Shown one piece after another: positions 25,846 through 38,330 of a DNA stretch of 64,000 nucleotides. The notes below the pieces were generated by a model. That model was given only the letters and a program-made list of their open reading frames with translations, did no database searches and was not told where the DNA came from. Where the stretch lies: NCBI RefSeq assembly GCF_006345805.1, contig NC_043009.1, positions 69,564,001-69,628,000 of the forward strand. The letters are read 5' to 3'. The translations under genes were made by a program, and so were the position numbers. The number at the start of each line of letters is the position of its first letter. Position 1 is the first letter of the stretch. The DNA comes from Octopus sinensis. Lineage: Eukaryota.

Positions 25846-26804
25846 ATATATATATATATAGATAGATAGATACACATACATATATAACTACCTATCCACC
25901 AATATATTTTATCATATCAAAGGGAAATGGAATTTAAAATTAAAAACATTCAATCAAAATTTACATTTCCAGTGGTCTAACGCGTAAAAAATTTTTAGTC
26001 AAAAAGACTATATATTAGTCATACGATATAGTGTATATTTAAACACATAGAGAATCCACTTACAGGGATTCTCTATATGTTTAAATATACACTATATCGT
26101 ATCCACCGATATAGGTAGGGGTGGGTCATTATGTTGCTGATAATAAGCGTGAATGACCATACAAATAAAAAGTTCAATACATTTAACTTTATTAATTGCT
26201 GACATCTGTACACAGGAGTATTTACATAATATTGAAGAACCCTTCTGTGTGTCTAACATACAAGATGTGAAGAGTGACCTCCTTAAATTTATGTTGCATG
26301 AATCTTTTGAGACAAAAAAGAGCAGGTAAAAAGGTAAAAGATGGATGACGTTTAAATACAAGAATAAATTAAACTTTCTTGAACATGTATTCTTAGAGTA
26401 TTATAAAAGCGCAGGTTGAAGGTGATGAAAGTATATTTGGCAGAACAAAGTAATACATTTCCGCCTGGGATTGGAGTTAAGACTGGCGTGTACCCGACTC
26501 ACTGCTTTATATAACCATGGGCAAAACCTTCAAGAACCTTCGAAATGCAAACTAACAGGAAGCTTACAGAAGTTTCTGCTGATATTCTTCGGTGTGAGTT
26601 GATTCAAACTAGAGAACATCAAAGCTGATTCGCCGGTGGACACTGACGAAGGTGTTTCATCTCTCGTGAGGTTGGGCATACCTTTTATGGGTGTATTTGT
26701 AGGTTGTGGTTAAACACACACGCACACACACGCACACGCACACCACACACACACACACTCACTCACTCACTCACTCACTCACTCACTCACTCACTCACTC
26801 ACTC

Positions 26805-26839
<35 letters not shown>

Positions 26840-27559
26840 GAGACATGCCCACACACCTTTATGTATTTTGTTTTGGCTGAGTCAGTCTGTTGCTACTCTG
26901 AGTTTCGTTCGTGGGTGCACAGGGTCTTTAGGCAAATTACGAGAGAAGAAATGATGGAATTTACATGAATATATATATAGAATTTCTGTCATATGGTAAA
27001 ATGATGGAGGGGAACTGAGATGCCTCAAAACAATATATATAACCATAAAATTATGCTGTATGACATTGTAAAATAAAAGGGAATAAAACTTGAGGATGTA
27101 TCAGCCTCCATATGCACTCTTGTTATAATTATTGCAAATATACACTCCATATAATGCTACCATCCTCAGAAATGCACACAGAATTACCCATCGGAGGAAT
27201 TTACAGCATGAGTGAGAACACCTAGAAGTCATGGACGTTAAATACTAATCGATGCAGTTAGCTATAACCTGGGACATGATTGAGAGCCACCACGACATCC
27301 GTCTGGATAATATATCCCTCTAAACCCCCCCCCCCCACAGATGCCGAATATGCATCTGTTGGAAAAGATGCTGAAATTAAAAGTCAAATCTCTCTGATAT
27401 CATACCCTAAAATCTAAAAACAGAGACACTAATTCTAGGTACACCATATTTAAGCCCCTTTCCACATAGACATGCTGGTCCAGGGTTGTTTTGTGGTTAC
27501 TAAGCAACACAAATGTTTCTGGCAAATGGTCTAAGTCCACCTCCACATGACAAGCATAA

Positions 27560-27790
27560 GCATAAACAATAATAGTTTTAAATTTTGGAGCAAAGCCAGC
27601 AATTTTAGAAGAGGGATAAATCGATTACATCGACCCCCCCCCACCAGTGTTAAACTGGAACTTATTTTATCGTTCCCCAAGGAATGAAAGGCAAAGTCGA
27701 CCTCGGTGGTATTTGAACTCAGAACGTAAAGTCGGGAGAAATGCCGCTAAGCAGTTTTTCCGGCAACGATGCCGTCAGCTTGCTTCCTTA
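27560..27790 (-). mobile_element. SINE family A-related copy
   Basis: Shared AAAGGCAAAGTCGACCTCGG..TTGAACTCAGAACG segment. Confidence 0.7.
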
Positions 27791-29014
27791 AAGTCTTAAA
27801 CAATGAACAAATTTAATTGGTAGCACAGTGAATAAGAAACGGGTTCTCCGAGTGCAAAAGTAGGAAACTTATGGCAAATTTGAGAGTAGATCGCTTTGTT
27901 TTTAGAGGAGCAGCATTTATTTAATTATTTTGTAAAGTTTAAAATCTAAACGGCGAATGATGTGATCTTGTCTACACGTAAACATTTGAAATCAATCGAA
28001 CTGATTTTTATTTTAAGTGTCCCTTTAGATGTATATTGAAAAAGATTAATTACAAGTGCTAATTATAGAGAGGCGCCATCCGCATGTAAACTACATTTAA
28101 AATTAACTTTTTTAATAAAGTGATGCTCAGTTCATTAAAGAAGAAAATTAGATTAAAAGCATAATTAGTCACAAGTATGCGATGAGGAAAAGAGAATATT
28201 AACTCAATGATGAGAAACATAATTATTGCTGCGGTTTAACGTGCACTCAAATTCCGCAGTACTTTTATGATTTTGTTGAAAATAATGAAGAAATACGGAG
28301 ATGTACTTGCATAGCAAGTGACCTGATCTGAGATCGTGTTTTGGAACGAAAACAATTGCAGCGTGGAAGGTGTTTACAAGCCATTTAAGAAACACACTAA
28401 AACCGTTAGATTCACTTCAACATTTTAATTTAATTTGTCAAATTATTTTCGTCGCCGTGAGACCGCGACCTGTTCACTGACAAAATTCCGTGCTGCATCT
28501 GAGAAAGTAACAGTTAGTTCATGATATATATGTACGTATGCATGAGTGCGTGTGTGTGCATGTGTATGTAGGTATGTATGTGTGTATGTATGCATGCATA
28601 TATGCATGTGCGTATGTATGTACATGTATGTGCGCATGCATGTGTGCATGCCTACACGCATGTATGTATGTATGTATGTATGTATGTATGCATGTATGCA
28701 TGCATGCATGTATGTATGTATGTACGTATGTACTTACGTATGTATGTGAGTATTTAGGAGAGTGTGTAGACGTGTCTGTGTGTGTGTGTACATGTGTATG
28801 TACATGTGAACGTATGTTTATGTACTGATATGTGTCAGTTCAAGTTGTATACATGACTGTTACTTTGTTGAAGGTTGTATATATACACACATATACATGT
28901 ATATAGACAAACACACACACATATATACGTGTATGTGTGTGTGTGCGTTTGTCCCATGAGTGCAGAAATGGTTTCACTTTTTGTACAATATTACTGGAAA
29001 CTAAAAATACTCAC

Positions 29015-29139
29015 CATCATAAACTGCCAGATATGCGTTTGACATGCATTGAGATTCTTGTGGAAAATCGGCGTACATGATTTCGAGTCGAATTACTTGG
29101 TTCTTAGACGTCGTAAGAAGCCAAGAACAAGATCGCATG
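29015..29139 (-). CDS. CUB-domain protein, exon D (middle exon of the second CUB; 125 nt, phase 2-1)
   Basis: Acceptor TTTCATTGCAG|, donor ATG|GTGAGT; encodes (S)MRSCSWLLTTSKNQVIRLEIMYADFPQESQCMSNAYLAVYD(G). Confidence 0.9.
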
Positions 29140-29464
29140 CTGCAATGAAATCGAAAGCGAAATGAATAACAGAAATCCTTTGTGAAGGGATCGACATGTA
29201 TCGAACGCTAATGAAAGATAATGGAATAACAGATTAAACGAATACACATCACACTCATGTGCTCTTTTTCACTTTGTTCCACTCTGGGTTTCTCTCTTTT
29301 AAAACCGCAAAACTTCCTGACTGTCATCTGAAATTACACTTCTTAACTATTCTGTCCATGTCAACAGATTTGTATATTTGAATGTAGTAATGATGATGAT
29401 GATGATGACGACAGAAACTATATGGATAGCCAGATGAGAAGGTGGGGATGTAAATTTTCACACA

Positions 29465-29501
<37 letters not shown>

Positions 29502-29544
29502 AGCAGATGAGATCCAGAGGTGCTCAATACAGAAAATACTTTAA

Positions 29545-29760
29545 GGTGGCGAAGTGGTAGAATCATTAACACGCCAGGCAAAAGGCTTTGCGGTATTTCG
29601 TCTGTTTTCATGTTCTGAGTTCAGATTCTCCACCGAGGTCGACTTCGCCTTTCATCCTTTTGCGGTTGATAAAATAAGTACGAGCTAAGCACTAGCATCA
29701 ACGTAATCGACTAGCTCGACTAGTTCAGAATTGCTGGTCTTGTGCCAAAATTTGAAACCA
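29545..29760 (+). mobile_element. SINE family A-related copy
   Basis: Head and core shared with the 18082 copy. Confidence 0.7.
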
Positions 29761-30276
29761 ATATAGAAAACACTTGGCGCTAGATATACAAAATATATAC
29801 ATGTAAATAGAGAGAAAACAAAGACTGAAAGTATTCAGGCGATGAAGTTTCATGTATAAAATTAAGGGGAGAAGGTGAGGTATTAGAAGCCCGACAGCTG
29901 TTTCTGGGGGCTCGGAATTACCTCATAATGTTGGTAGGTGTAGTTCGCATAAAGGTAAAGATATGCAGCCAGTAGTGGAAGCATATAAACATTGAGTCCA
30001 ACCTCCGTTTTCAAGGTGGAGGGATATCTAACGTTTAAATCATACTGCAGAGAAATTTAAAGGTAGAAAGGATGAAGAGGAAGGTCAACAGAAGTGGAGG
30101 AAGGGAGTAGGCGGCTCGAGATGTAGTTGTGGGGAGTGTTGAAGCAAGGAGAGTCGGGAGATGAGTGGGAAGGGGTGGGATGGATAGTATTTTGAAGGGT
30201 GGTCTTTATTGTTGGGTTTCATAGCAGATGTTAATAGTTGGGGATGGTGCCACTAAAGAACTGCGAAAGGGAAATT

Positions 30277-30312
<36 letters not shown>

Positions 30313-30314
<2 letters not shown>

Positions 30315-30547
30315 GGAGTAAACACATAAATGTGAAACAAGGTGGAAAAAAGAGTACTCAAATACCAGTGGTAGAGTAATATGCTTTATTTAAAGCAGCA
30401 GAAAATTCAACAAAACCTGTTACTCTGAGTTTCACGTTCCCGTTCGTCGGACACTTTTTGCTAGAATTCTAGCAAAACTGTTCGACGAACGGGAACGTGA
30501 AACTCAGAGTAACAGCTTTTGTTGAATTTTCTGCTGCTTTAACAAAG
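30313..30547. repeat. (TA)n-flanked element ending in a 152-bp palindrome that carries two head-to-head HHR-like motifs
   Basis: Arms 30391-30453 and 30478-30542; the centre TTTTGCTAGAATTCTAGCAAAA is itself palindromic. Confidence 0.85.
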
Positions 30548-30561
30548 TGTATATATATATA

Positions 30562-31422
30562 TATATAGTTTGTATCCAGTTAAAAGAAAAAAAAGCGAAG
30601 AAAGTTAAGGAAGTTGACAATTATTTATTATTAATAATTGGTCATCTTCGCTTCTTGTAGCCGTTTTAATTAATACTCAATAATTTAATTACAAATTTGT
30701 ACATTAAGTTTGCATTTGTGTGACATGAGTATAATTTCATCAGAGGAAAAAATAAGATGTACGTTGGGACGTTAGTTGTGGACCTGTCAATTCATTTCAG
30801 CAGAAACGGTCTGAATTGACAGGTCCGCATATAACCTCTAAATGTACATCTTTTTTCCCCTCTGATGAAATTATACTCATGTCACATAAATGCAAATTTA
30901 ATGTAGAAATTTGTAATTAAATTATTAAGTATTAATTGAAACGGCTATAAGAAGCGAAAATGGCCAATTTATTAATCTTTCTCTATATAAACGGCAGTTT
31001 GTCTGTGCGTGTTTCTGTGTGTCTGTTTGCTTGTACCCTCACCCTGACCACGGCTTTCAACCGATTCTGATGAAACTTGACACACACACAGCCCAATGTC
31101 ATAATTCAAAACTAACGCAGCGAAAATTTTGAAAAGTTTCCCCAGTTCTGAAAAAAATCAATAAATTCGACATGGGGTCGAGAATCAGAAACAGGAACCA
31201 CAAACTGTCTAGGGGACGCAACTCCACCTTTTTTTAATCTCAAAAAAAACTTACCATCATTTGTTTCCATTTTTTTGCTATTTTTTAGCTATAACTCTCT
31301 AAAAATGCTTTATAGTTATTTCCCTTACAAACCTGAGCAACGCCGGGCGATACTGCTAGTAATAAATAATTGTCAACTTCATTAACTTTCTTTTCTTCTT
31401 TTAACTGGATATAAACTATATA
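30562..31422. repeat. Long imperfect palindrome (arms of about 230 bp) interrupted in the right arm by a Helitron
   Basis: Left arm from 30562 is the reverse complement of 30815-30975 plus 31360-31422; centre GGACCTGTCAATTCA..TGAATTGACAGGTCC. Confidence 0.85.
30976..31359 (+). mobile_element. Non-autonomous Helitron
   Basis: A|TC..CTAG|T termini, subterminal hairpin CCTGAGCAACGCCGGG, no TSD; the empty site is reconstructed from the opposite palindrome arm. Confidence 0.85.
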
Positions 31423-31538
31423 CTGAATATATACCTATCGTTTTAAGGGAATTTCATTCCCCAGCAATACTAGGTATTGACCCAGTACTTACTTTGATGC
31501 AACCAGCCCTTCACGAGGTTGACATAGCCTCTAATTAA

Positions 31539-31572
<34 letters not shown>

Positions 31573-31575
<3 letters not shown>

Positions 31576-31903
31576 TTCAGCAAAATTTAGATTCAGATGA
31601 ATATGGTACTTAAGTTAAAGGCACTAGAATTTTGTATGGAATTATCCATATAAATCAAATGGTGTGATTATAACCAAAATAAGCAACAAAGATATCCAAG
31701 GTAGAGTAGTACAATTGTTTCATGCTACTTCATTTTATTAAACACTGTAAGTATTACATCAGTTTTAAAATGTGGAGCAATCTTCAGCCACATAGATTGC
31801 TCGACATTTTAAAACTGATGTAATATTTACAGTGTTTAATAAAATGAAGCAGCATGAAACAATTGTACTACTCTACTTTGGATATCTTTGTTGCTTATTT
31901 TGT
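31573..31903. repeat. (TA)n-flanked Penelope-like element with 107-bp inverted arms
   Basis: Arms 31677-31783 and 31794-31901, loop TCAGCCACAT. Confidence 0.85.
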
Positions 31904-31929
31904 TTATATATATATATATATATATATAT

Positions 31930-32455
31930 ATCACATCGGGGTCACCAGTGTTGCGAGGTTGGATGTAACGTGTTCGAAGGTAATAATGTCACAATATAAC
32001 GTGGAATAGAGTGTATTTAGAAATGAAGGCAATTTGTTAATTATACAGAGCAATTTTATTTGAATTGTTGACAAGTGCTGAGCAAAGTGGGCGAATGAAT
32101 GTAGGAGTCAGAGAATAGCGTTGTAAACTTCTATATTACACAAGTCGTTTAGAAGTTTGCAGTGCAAAGGATGTAAGAAATACAAACAGGCCATAACCGG
32201 GGTGGTAGGAAGGCTGGTATGAAATGTCAAGATCTGTCCGCTGCTGGTTGTGGAGCTCTGATCGCTGACGGTTGTGGCGTCGGGGTCTTCTACTGACTGA
32301 ATACAAAAAGGCACGCTCCTGCTGGGCAGATGACTGCTGCTTTTATAGGGACACGACCAGCCCTGGTTGGCTACAGTTGCCAAAACACAATTGTGCCAAT
32401 ACCTGACCTTCAAATACAGCTACCTCGACTCACTAAATATATATAAATAACGACA
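31930..32455 (-). mobile_element. LTR of about 507 bp followed by a tRNA-Trp primer-binding site (truncated LTR retrotransposon)
   Basis: Minus strand TGTCG..GCAACA with TATAAAA (about 32345) and AATAAA (about 32055), then C-TGGTGACCCCGATGTGAT, matching the complement of the tRNA-Trp 3' end (TGGTGACCCCGACGTGAT) with one mismatch. Confidence 0.65.
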
Positions 32456-32752
32456 CAAGAAATTTGAAATATTTTGGTATTATCTATTCATCATTACACG
32501 TGTTTCATTTGCTAATAGATATAATTTATACATGTAAGATAGACATGCAAGGGATTTCCTGTTAGACAGAGAAGTTGAATAATATTCAAATCAAATAATA
32601 CCAGTCTTATTTAATTCTTCTATCCGAAAAATTTCTAATAGCAAATCCCTTATATGCTTATCTTCCATGTAAAACTTAGCAATATCTATTAGTAAATGAA
32701 ACACGTGTAATGGTGGATAAATAATACCAAAATCCTAAATTTCTTGTGTTTA
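32453..32752. repeat. AT-rich MITE-like inverted repeat (diverged arms of about 110 bp)
   Basis: ACACAAGAAATTT..CATTACACGTGTTTCATTT.. mirrored by ..AAATGAAACACGTGTAATG..AAATTTCTTGTGT. Confidence 0.7.
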
Positions 32753-33021
32753 TATACAATAATTTTGCAAATAGTATTTGCATAATTCTCAGAATTAATA
32801 ATATATAATTTGAACTAATATAGAGCAACAGCTGGGACGACATATTGAATTTACCCTAACTACCTACATCATAGGTGTATGTGTGTATGTGTATTTGCAT
32901 GTGTGTATGTATGTATGTATGTATGTATGTATGTATGTATGTATGTGTGTGTGTGTATGTATGTATGTGTGTATGTATGTATGGAGGCATGCATGTATGT
33001 GTGTGCGTATGCCAGTGTGTG

Positions 33022-33228
33022 CACGCCGGACGAAATGCTTAGCGGTATTTCGTCTGCCGCCACGTTCCGAGTTCAAATTCCGCCGAGGTCGACTTTGCCT
33101 TTCACCCTTTGGGGGTCGATTAAATAAGTACCAGTTACGCACTGGGGTCGATATAATCGGCTTAATCCGTTTGTCTGTCCTTGTTTGTCCTCTCCGTGTT
33201 TAGCCCCTTGTGGGTAGTAAAGAAATAG
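33022..33228 (+). mobile_element. SINE family A
   Basis: Near-consensus copy. Confidence 0.8.
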
Positions 33229-33245
33229 GTGTGTGCGTCTCTCAG

Positions 33246-33393
<148 letters not shown>

Positions 33394-33578
33394 TCGAAAG
33401 ATAATGTTGTTGTTGTTCGCTGTTTTAGACGGAGTTTCGCTTATCTCCAACAGCTTCTTCCGCGCTTATGTAATATCGCTAGAGATTGTCCTCCACGCGA
33501 TCTATTCATCTTTGTCTCTTGCATGAAATATCTCCGTTTCAGTTTGTACGTAGTGTGCGCATGGCTATACTGCAATGT

Positions 33579-33661
<83 letters not shown>

Positions 33662-34062
33662 CACACACACACACACATAAATACATATATGTGTGTGTGT
33701 ATACATACACACGCACAAACACACACACATATAGACACAGCCCCATATTCGCACGGCTGTTGAAGATGTATGAACGTCCATCTATCGGATTCTCAAACGT
33801 CATTGCAAGGAAACATTCCAGATTCCACGATTAATGGCCTATCGCGCTGACGCCTGCCAAAATTACGATCTAGCATCGGTTTGTACAGAATTATTGTAAT
33901 TGCTTTATTTGACGTCGCTTGAAATTCATGCTTCGTTGAAATATTGTTATCATAAGAAATAGGATTAAATAACAAGTTTAAAATGTTGTCTCCATTCTTC
34001 ACCATCTATTCATGGCACATGTATCCATTATGAAGACCTACACTAATTATCTTGTTACACCG

Positions 34063-34121
<59 letters not shown>

Positions 34122-35529
34122 GCACTTACATCTGACCGCTGGAGCAAAACGATATAAACGTTGAAAACGAATAAAATGTGTAAAAGTTGAATGGAACGAT
34201 TTGGACGAAGGTGATTGTTACGTTTACAACCAAAGAGAAATCCCATACAAGAATAGTTTTAGAATTTACAAAAATAGAAGTGAAAGAGTTTCTGTCAGGA
34301 AAATAAAGGGCAATGCCGGAGAAAAAGAAAGTTAAGTAGGGAGTAAAGTATGGGCAGTTGCTAAGCTTTGATGGGAGAGGGTGCTGAAAAGTTCCTGGCT
34401 TCAGGGGTTTCGGGAAAGGCCAGGCTGGAGGTTCAATCTGAAGGACCGTTGCAAGAAGTGTGTGAACCTGAGAGTGGAATAGGTTGAATAAAATCATAGT
34501 TGACTGATCCTCTTGTATTTTTCTGTTACTGAAAGTCAGAACTTTGCAGCGCACCCTAACAGGCGTTTTAGCAAGATTCATGCATAAATTAGACTACTAA
34601 TTATATAGATACGTATACATAGGAGAGAAGGGTAATTAGAGTCTAGTAAAAAAAATAATGCATGTACTAGATAAAGAAATTAGAAAGAGATATCAGAAGT
34701 GGATGGCGAGGAGTAAAAAATTACTGCGTTAATTTCCCAGCTGTAATGAAAATGAAAGCAAAAGTACAAAAGTAACGGACGAAATACGATTTCAAAGATA
34801 GAAAAAAACATGGCCACAGATGCTCGAAAAAGTCTTTCCTCCGGAAAAGTATTTCGTTAAAACAGAAACAATATTGAGCTACGCTACACCATCACACCCG
34901 ACATGGCTAGTTATGCTGTTGTATCTAACAAGTTGAAACTTGCTAAATATAATACGTGGAGATGCTTTGGGGAAATTGTGGAGTGGAGAGCCACGCCTGG
35001 AAAAATATCCCAACCTACATCGCGCACACTCTGGTATCTACTTCAAGAATACTTGTAATGTGGGGGAACTGTCACAGGAAGGAGGAATTTCCGGCAATTC
35101 TACAGATCCAAGTAGATCTTTACTCGACAGCGTAAGTTACACCCCCCCGGGCATGCGTTCCACCACTCGCTACTGTATATAACTGACGAAACCGACCACC
35201 CAAAGTCCTCGCTCCTTGAATATAATTGTAGCACCACCCTGGCTGGGCAATGCATACATACAAACGTAGTATATAAAAGTTAGGAAGTTATAAGCCATAA
35301 CACACACACACACACACACGTAAAACCGCGGCGAGGAGAATGTATTAGTTAATAGTAAACACCTACTTAATAAACGTAAAGGTATAAGCATTCATTGCGC
35401 TCACTGAAAGATTAGAACGTTCCACAAGGCACGGACTGGAATCTACCCGAGCTACGAGGAGTTATGCTAAGATACACCCGTTCATATGATTGACACGGGT
35501 ATAATTGTCACACAATATTAGGTTCACAT

Positions 35530-35710
35530 TTTGGTACAAGGCCAGCAATTTTGGGAGAGGGCGTAAGTCGAATATATATGGACCTCAGTGTGCAACTGGT
35601 ACTTCTTTTATCGACCCCAAAATGATGAACGACATAGTCAATCTCAGCGGAATTTGAACTCAAAACGTAAGGACGGACGAAATGCCGCTAAGCATTTTGC
35701 TCCGCGTGCT
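35530..35710 (-). mobile_element. SINE family A-related copy
   Basis: Shared core and head in reverse orientation. Confidence 0.7.
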
Positions 35711-36110
35711 CGGCACTGAATACTATGTGTTTAGAAAATCTAATGATGTTCGTACACATGGTACGATTACGTAAAATCCTCTCGTTGTACACGCTTGCCT
35801 TTATGTCCATGCACGAATTCCTTCCTCATCCTGTCCAGCTACTTATATACACCGACTGTGCTTGTGTTGGTAACAGTTTAATAGAGTACCGGATAATGGC
35901 AGTAAATAGCAACAAAGAGATGCGTAAGAATGGATTACGTGATGTACCCTTCATCTTGAACATGGTCCGATAAGCAATACTCATTCTCGGAACGATTATC
36001 GAGATTTCACAAAATTATAACGACCTTCTGTAGAATGCATTGTGCGTCATCTGCCATTGGCGACGTAGGAGGCGCTATTAACTTCGAGGAGCGAATGGAT
36101 TCATTTAATA

Positions 36111-36471
36111 TTTCTCTCTATATATAAACGGCAACATGTCTGTGTCTTTTATACAAATCCACAATTTTTCAGTTAGAGGGCTCGCACTTTCTATGGTCAT
36201 TCAAAACCGTCCAAGGGTGGTCGTGCACATCTTTACATTTCCCCAGTCACCCTGCAAAGCCATTAAAAAAATCAATAGAAGTGACTTTTTTGTGAATTTT
36301 CTATCCAAAACCCAATCAAAATGCCCGAAATTTGATACGTCAATTGAATGCCAGCTAGCTGTACGTGATTGGTCGGAAATTTGGACAGTACTCGTGTGTA
36401 TGTGCACACGCATGCAGCTGTATATGCATGCACTTGCACTATGACCTGGTGTTGCCGGGTCATATTGCTAG
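36111..36471 (+). mobile_element. Non-autonomous Helitron (second family)
   Basis: 5' TCTCTCTATATATAAACGGCA resembles the 30976 copy; 3' hairpin GACCTGG/CCGGGTC then CTAG|T. Confidence 0.75.
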
Positions 36472-37036
36472 TACTTGGATAATCTAACATTTTTTGAATA
36501 CCTACGAACTTGTAGGCAAGGATGCGAAAGCGGGTGCAATGAGAAAGTGCAGTGGAACGTGTTTAGGTATCAGTATGTGCACCTAGATGCATTGGTGAAT
36601 GTATAGTTATGTGCGTATGTATCTATGTGTGCAAGCGTGTGGGTGTTTGTGTATGCGTGTTTGAGTGTATGTGTGTGTATGAGTGTGTGTGTTTGTGTGT
36701 GTGTGTGTGTGTATGTGAGAATGGTTAAATTTGGCGTTGTGTGCAAGAGTGCGTGTAGGTACGGTATAGTGGGTGTATATATGTGTGAGAGTGGTAAGGT
36801 GAAGGTGGTGGATAGACTACGTCTTGACCAACGTTGACCACTGATATTCCGATAAACAGGCGATTTGTCTGTAGACTATTTGCATTTCTGATACAATAAA
36901 GAGCCGCCGATTCCTTTCTTTACTTTTCCTTCATGAGTGGAGCAGCTCATGCTTCGGCTGTTATTCTTGCTATTTGAATTGTTATTGCCATTGTGGTGGT
37001 CTGTGTGTTAGTCTAACGTTCGGGAAGTGAGAAAGT

Positions 37037-37072
37037 CTTTTACGTTTCGAGCCTACGCTCTTCGACAGAAAG
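37037..37072 (-). ncRNA. Minimal type I hammerhead-like motif (Penelope type) with an A6U core change
   Basis: CTTT-CTGTCGA-A-GAGC(GTAG)GCTC-GAAAC-GTA-AAAG. Confidence 0.5.
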
Positions 37073-37931
37073 GAACACAGAAAGAAACAGAAAAGGTTTA
37101 GTGGCTAGCGATCTATACATGCACACCTACATATATAGATACATACATATATATATTTACATATATACATAATACATATACATACATGTAGACATACATA
37201 TATATATATGTACACGCGCACGCACATACAAACGCATATTTTCATATATGGGTTTGTGTGTGTGTATGTGCTTTGCAAACGATTAATGATACATGGCAGG
37301 GTAATTCGAAAGGTGTGGAAATGAAGCAAACATGTAGACATTTATTTAAAAAAGAAAATCAAAACATAAGGATTGCATTTCGTGGAAGTATAATGGTAGA
37401 GTTGTAGAGACGGTAAACAAAGTGAATAAAATCTCTGGAGATGATAATAATAATAATAACAATAATAATAGTAATAATAATACGACTTGTATCGGAAACA
37501 AAATTAATACTTTGCTAATGACGATAAAATAGGAGTTTAAAATCGCTTCATTCATCCGTATTGATTTTTTAACGAAAAGATTAGTAATAATTGACTTTTT
37601 GCACGGCGTAAAGAGAAATCTAAATATTAAAGTAAATAAATGAATATATAGAAGAAAAACAAATAAAAAATACACAATATATTGCCAATATGCCAAAAAG
37701 ATACAGAAAAATAGAAAGAAGAAACCGCTTTAAAACCCAGTTATATAACAACAACAAAACGAAAAGATTAAAATATAGTTTAATTAAGTTGGGGGATATT
37801 TTTATTATAATCGCGGAATTGTCGGGAATATTATTCTTGAGAGTGAGTGAGAAATTTGGCAAGAACATTGACGAAAAAATTAAGAATAGCACTATTAAAA
37901 GTATAGACACGCGTACACATACATACACACA

Positions 37932-37962
<31 letters not shown>

Positions 37963-38283
37963 CGTATATATCAACATAGATACAATGTCAGGAAAAATGT
38001 GAAATCTTAGTTATATCTGGAGTAGTCTCTAATAAAAGAAAACTAAATTAGATTCTAATATCCCATATGAATGAATATTGTATATTCATCGAGTCGGTGA
38101 TTCAAAGAAAGACTACAAGATAAAAAATCGCAAAGAAATTATAAAATAATGAGAATTACTCTTAGCATACGGAAAAATGTTGATTGTGCATAATTGGACT
38201 ATTTCTGAATTGAGGCAATCAATTTTTTCGATATAGATGCACATATGGATAGGTAAAACCCGCATATATATATATACATATGT

Positions 38284-38330
<47 letters not shown>

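Noticed and set aside
33793-34005. Minus-strand ORF in the long intron
   Set aside because: No CUB signature and no compatible splice pair; exons C and D join directly.
34940-35182. Plus-strand ORF with an AGC|GTAAGT donor
   Set aside because: No in-frame acceptor, no recognisable domain and no partner exon.
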